A stretch of 64,000 nt of DNA from Selaginella moellendorffii (taxonomy: Eukaryota; Plantae; Lycopodiophyta). The DNA is taken from the NCBI RefSeq assembly GCF_000143415.4, contig NW_003314300.1, forward strand, positions 961,898-1,025,897, written 5' to 3'. The notes below the pieces were generated by a model, which was not told where the DNA came from, did not search any database, and was given only the letters and a program-made list of their open reading frames with translations. The translations under genes were made by a program, and so were the position numbers. Below are positions 59,381 to 64,000 of this stretch, piece by piece. How positions within the stretch are numbered: the stretch's first letter is position 1; the number at the start of each line of letters is the position of its first letter.

Positions 59381-60757
59381 GCATGGTTGTTAGTTTGATC
59401 GATCGAACTTTGCTGGAGAGGCACCGCTTGAATGACCAAACAAGTTCGTTGGTGACTTTAATGACCAAGTTCTTCCAAGTTCGTGGGGCGACTTGTAACC
59501 AAGTTCTCAAAGTTCCAGAATAACAAGTCCAGGCTCGAAGTTCATGTGTTTGGGGAAAGGAACTGAGGACGTTTTTCAATGGAGTGTCGCAAAATTGAAG
59601 AAGCGGATGCAAGTTTTCCAAAGGGGACAGGATCAAACATGAGCTCCCTTGAGCGAGATTAAACGTGAACCCAAGGTTAGCAAATTTTATAATTTTATAC
59701 TCCGTTATCTTATTTAACTCTACAATGTCAAAACTATTTCCACTATGCGAAATTATTTCTAATTTATGTAAATATAATATTAGGATTTAACTTATTATAC
59801 CTTTATATAAATTACTTTTATTATACTACTATTTGTGCCTAGTTTGCTCATAATTTAAGATATTAAATAAATTAGTAACTATAATTATTATCATAATTTT
59901 AATATATATCATAAAATAGTAATAAACTATTCACATAATTGTAATAATGTGTAATGATATTTAAATCATTTTTCTAAGCTCAAAAGAAATAAATTAATTT
60001 AGGTAATTTTGAATTATAAACTAAAATAATTTCTTGGAATCTTTTATTGTTTTCTAGTCTTTGTAACTAATTCTTTAGCCATCTCCTCAGCATTAATGCA
60101 TAAGTCTTTTAGATTGTCATTCTTGTCAAAATCAATTTCATTATTAAAATGGAAATATTTATAGTTACCACTGATTTTATTTAATGAATTCCTTAAAAAC
60201 AGCATCTTAATTTTTTATCACATTTTAAAGATTTCTGGTTTACTAATCCCAAAAAACTTTATTTGTAGAATTTGAAAAGTTATAAAGTTCTTTTAATGTT
60301 TCTTCAAATCTAAATCAAAATAAGTTAGTCTTCAAACTTAAAGAAAAAGATACTTTACTTTATTTATCATTTTAAATGAATAATATTTTCCTCTTTAAAA
60401 TAAATAAAGTATTTTATTTTTTCCTGGAATATTTATTACCATTATAAATTATCCAACAAAATAAACTACAAGCTAATAGTAGAAAGCATATTAATTATTA
60501 ATTACTTTTTATGTATACAACATATACTCTCAAATAGTCTCATCAATATAAACCCAAAGTGGGTAGTATTGCAATCATTTCTTTTCTCTTACATGTGTTA
60601 TAGTTCATTTTGCTCCTAAATATTAGTATTCCTCTCAATTAAACTATGCCTTGATCTAATATAATTGGTAGAAAACAAAAGAACATAAAAATAAGGATTA
60701 AAAACAGGGATGTATTTGAAATTTTAAATATTCCTCTCCTTTCAATGATTTACAACT

Positions 60758-62550
60758 TGGTATCAGAGAAAAATATCCTTTTCTATCCATTCTTTATCTG
60801 TTGTTTATCTACTAATAAAGCCCTAAGGATCCAATGTGTCAATATGTTTCTTCTAGAATTCTCAATGGATTGATAATGGGAGTTAAAGAAGATAAGGTGC
60901 TAAGAGGCATTATGGTTGCAAAGAAAGCACCTTCAAGAAAAGTTTTTAAAAGTATGACAAGAAAATCATTACAATAGTGGTAGATTAAATATAGATTTAG
61001 AATCCATTTTCTTCTGAAATTGGAAAATGCATCTATATAACTAAAAATATTATCCAAAGATCCTTTATCTAGATCAGTTAGATTCTTACTATGCCCTAAA
61101 ATCAAGCCATCAATATACATTATTCATTCATATATAAAGTGATATCACAAGTTTAGAAGAATTTTACTTTAGAAACAACATCTAAGGATCATGGTTATAA
61201 CTTGCTTTGAGTTTGTTTTTTTACTTTGATTCTTTTGTTTATCCTTTCTTCTTTTATTTCATTTTTCTCTAGTCTATTCATTTTTTCGTGACAACAGAGC
61301 AAGATAAAGGGTTGCCATTGCTACTATGCTCTCTCATGACACTATGTTTAATTGGTTTCTTCTTGCACAAAGAAAATGGGGTGTGATTTGAAGCTTGATT
61401 TCACTCCCATAATAAGTTTTCTGGAAGAGGAATTAACTCTCTAAAGCATAGCTAACATCTAGGCAAAAACTTTTTGAGAGCTACTCTTAAGAGTTTCTAA
61501 GAAAATAGAATGAGTTGTCGCTTAAAATGGGGCTTTCACAAAATTCAATACCATATTTTAACATATGAAAGTGGATCAACTCCATGCTTTTCATGCCAGA
61601 AGTGCTACTAAAGTTTGGCAAGCTCTCACATAAAGATAAAAACTATCTAGCTCAACTTAATAAAGCTTGTGAATTGCCACATGCTTCCTAACAAGGGTGT
61701 TCATTAAAGGTATGAATATCATTTTCATCTCTAATGTATATGTTTATCTTGAAATAATTGGTTAATCTCCTGGAAACACTTTGGTAAATTGATAGTGGTG
61801 CTTGTTCTTATTAAAACTAAATTTTTCACAATGTGTAACAAATGAGACATCTATTTCTTGGAAACATATTTTTAGAAGCTCTTTTATCATAATCCAAAAA
61901 TATCAAAGACTCTCATTTTATATCAAAGTTTTCCAATGAAGGCATTTTGTCTTTTATTATGGCACTCATGTTGACTTTATTTTTCTTAATAAAGGTCATT
62001 TCAATAGGCTCTATCAAAGGTAATCTATACTAATTACATTCAAAAGTGGTACAATGTAATTATGGCCTAATTTAGACTATGTCAAATTTTGGTATAAAAA
62101 ATCATTTCAAAAAGTATTTATCCTTAATCTCATCTTTATCAATATTTGGTATTCTTCTATAGAAGCCATCCATCATACACATTGTTTTTATTTTTAATAA
62201 TTATCAATAACTACAGCTGCAAGTCATGGATAATTGTACTAAAAAACTGTGTTGAAGCATGCATTGTTCTTTTATACAAATCCAAAATAAAACTAAGCAA
62301 TCTATCAGATAACTTCGAGTAGATAATATTAAAGAATTCATATAGCAAGAATTTCGAAGGCTTTTTTAAGAGTATGGGGATTCACCTCCAATGCTAAAAG
62401 AACACAGCCAAAATAGTGTTGAGAGGAAAATACTTTCTTTAGATATCACTCAATATATTATGAAATATACAGCAAAAGTTTCAAATTCTTTCTAGATAGA
62501 ACCAACTCATCTGTTTATCTTTATAATTAGCTTCCAACTTGTGTTGTTAA
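60758..62550 (+). mobile_element. Highly degenerate Ty1/copia retrotransposon relic
   Basis: tRNA-iMet PBS TGGTATCAGAG at 60758; protease W*IDSGACS at ~61782; integrase-like LRVDN..EF, FKEYG, QNSVERK at ~62310-62430 (PR before INT). Confidence 0.65.
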
Positions 62551-64000
62551 CGCAGTCATACCAGAGCAGTGCTGGTTAGCATGTTCGAGTTTTTGGCTTC
62601 CTCAGTTATACTCATATTCAATGAAGTATNNNNNNNNNNNNNNNNNNNNNNNNNNNNNNNNNNNNNNNNNNNNNNNNNNNNNNNNNNNNNNNNNNNNNNN
62701 NNNNNNNNNNNNNNNNNNNNNNNNNNNNNACATTTATTACTTATATTTTGTGGGTTGTAAACCTTGCAATGGTATCAAATGAACCACAGACTTAAAAAGG
62801 CTCTTTTAGGCATTTGGGAGTGTAGATTAGAATTTTCTTAGATCTTTGGTGATATAAATGTACAAAACTGGTTTTGTGATCAAAGAATACCCTCAAAAAC
62901 AAGCATTGATTATACAGAGATATACTACAATACACCAAGACATGGGAGAGCAAAATGGTTTTAGAGCTGTTCAAAGCTTTTGAAGGTTCAAAGAAATACC
63001 CAGCAAAATGTTGGCTGGTTGGCAAGTCTTAATAGAAGTTCTCAAAAGTTTAAATCTGAGCCAAAAAGATTCTAAGATATGTTGGCTAAGAGTTTTATAG
63101 GCAAAAAAAATGAAAAGAAGCCATCCAACACCTAGATTCCTAGCACCTCATCATGCTCAATGTTCCTTATGCCCATTCTCAGTTTGTTGCTATTTACTAT
63201 CATCATATATTTGAAGCAACATGTAAAACACCAAAAAGTGCAAAGATTACCTACCAGCAGAGACAAATAATCATGATTTTTAGTGTGCCTAAGTGTTAAC
63301 CTTTGCGAATTAGTGTGGTCATTATGAAGCACAACTCCAATTCTGAGACCCTTGTTTTTTATAAAAGAATTCCAGTCATAGAAAGAGACAAGAAGAAATT
63401 CTCCCTAGGAACTACTCCAATGACTATGGCTGGGACGGTCTCTCAGCCGACCCAGAAGTGTTTGCACAAAATCAAGAGCTCAAAGTCATCCATTGCTGGT
63501 AAAATGAATGCCTTCAATTGTGCTCACCCTGCCATGGCAGTATGGCTACTACCGTAAGAGCCAACTTCTCACATGTTGAAACCCAGTATAGAACCTGAAA
63601 ATTGAATTGATTTTGCGTCCTTCGCAAGAACCAAGAAATCTTACCTATTTCTAGCTGAGCAGGAAATTCTTCTGAGAGATGAAACCATACTCTCCAGTTC
63701 TATAACCCCCAGGTGAAGTTGCACCCGTCCAAACACCAGTTTTCACAGAAAGTTGGAGAAGGAACTCAAGCATCCAGCAATGAAAGTGACCACAGTTGTA
63801 AACTCCAAACCTAAGGGCTTAGAGTAAATCTGAAATTCAATCCCTGTATCAAAGAGCCCTTTTGCACTAAAAAACCAACAAGCATTTTGTTCATCACTGG
63901 ATTTGTAACACCTAATTTAGCACACGGCCAAAAAAATTTGCAAAATTCTATGGTACTTTCTAATTCCCTAAGCCGACTCTTGCACAGCTCTAATTGACTG

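Noticed and set aside
62792-64000. Short ORFs at the window end
   Set aside because: Stop-interrupted in all frames and no recognisable domain.

Overview
Eukaryotic (land-plant) nuclear DNA from a very compact genome. Introns are mostly 50-70 nt and many intergenic gaps are only 60-300 bp. Together with the gene content, this suggests a lycophyte such as Selaginella (inference). 1-8.5 kb holds two copies of a small, decaying Ty3/gypsy LTR retrotransposon. The complete copy has ~175-bp LTRs, a 4-bp TSD, a tRNA-Ala-like PBS and a fossil -1 frameshift site with a pseudoknot. About 3.1-25.1 kb is a tandem segmental duplication. Its unit carries an intronless PD-(D/E)XK-like nuclease gene resembling a fungal/Crinkler-type family, set head-to-head with a PERK receptor kinase whose ectodomain is completely different in the two copies, followed by an ICT1/ArfB-type peptidyl-tRNA hydrolase. 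25-56 kb is a dense block: SWIB protein, an intronless atypical CDKC-like kinase head-to-head with a TRIM37-like RING/B-box/MATH E3 ligase, ACR, carA, a non-canonical BZR/BES factor, HCT, a HUA2-like PWWP-CID protein, TMEM33-like, tRNA-Leu(CAG), BSD, VQ and ArfGAP. The last 8 kb hold an intronless C-terminal-half mitochondrial Rpl2 gene in AT-rich DNA and a Ty1/copia relic. There are five 100-N assembly gaps. Spans of multi-exon genes were read by eye, and family assignments come from recalled motifs, not database searches.
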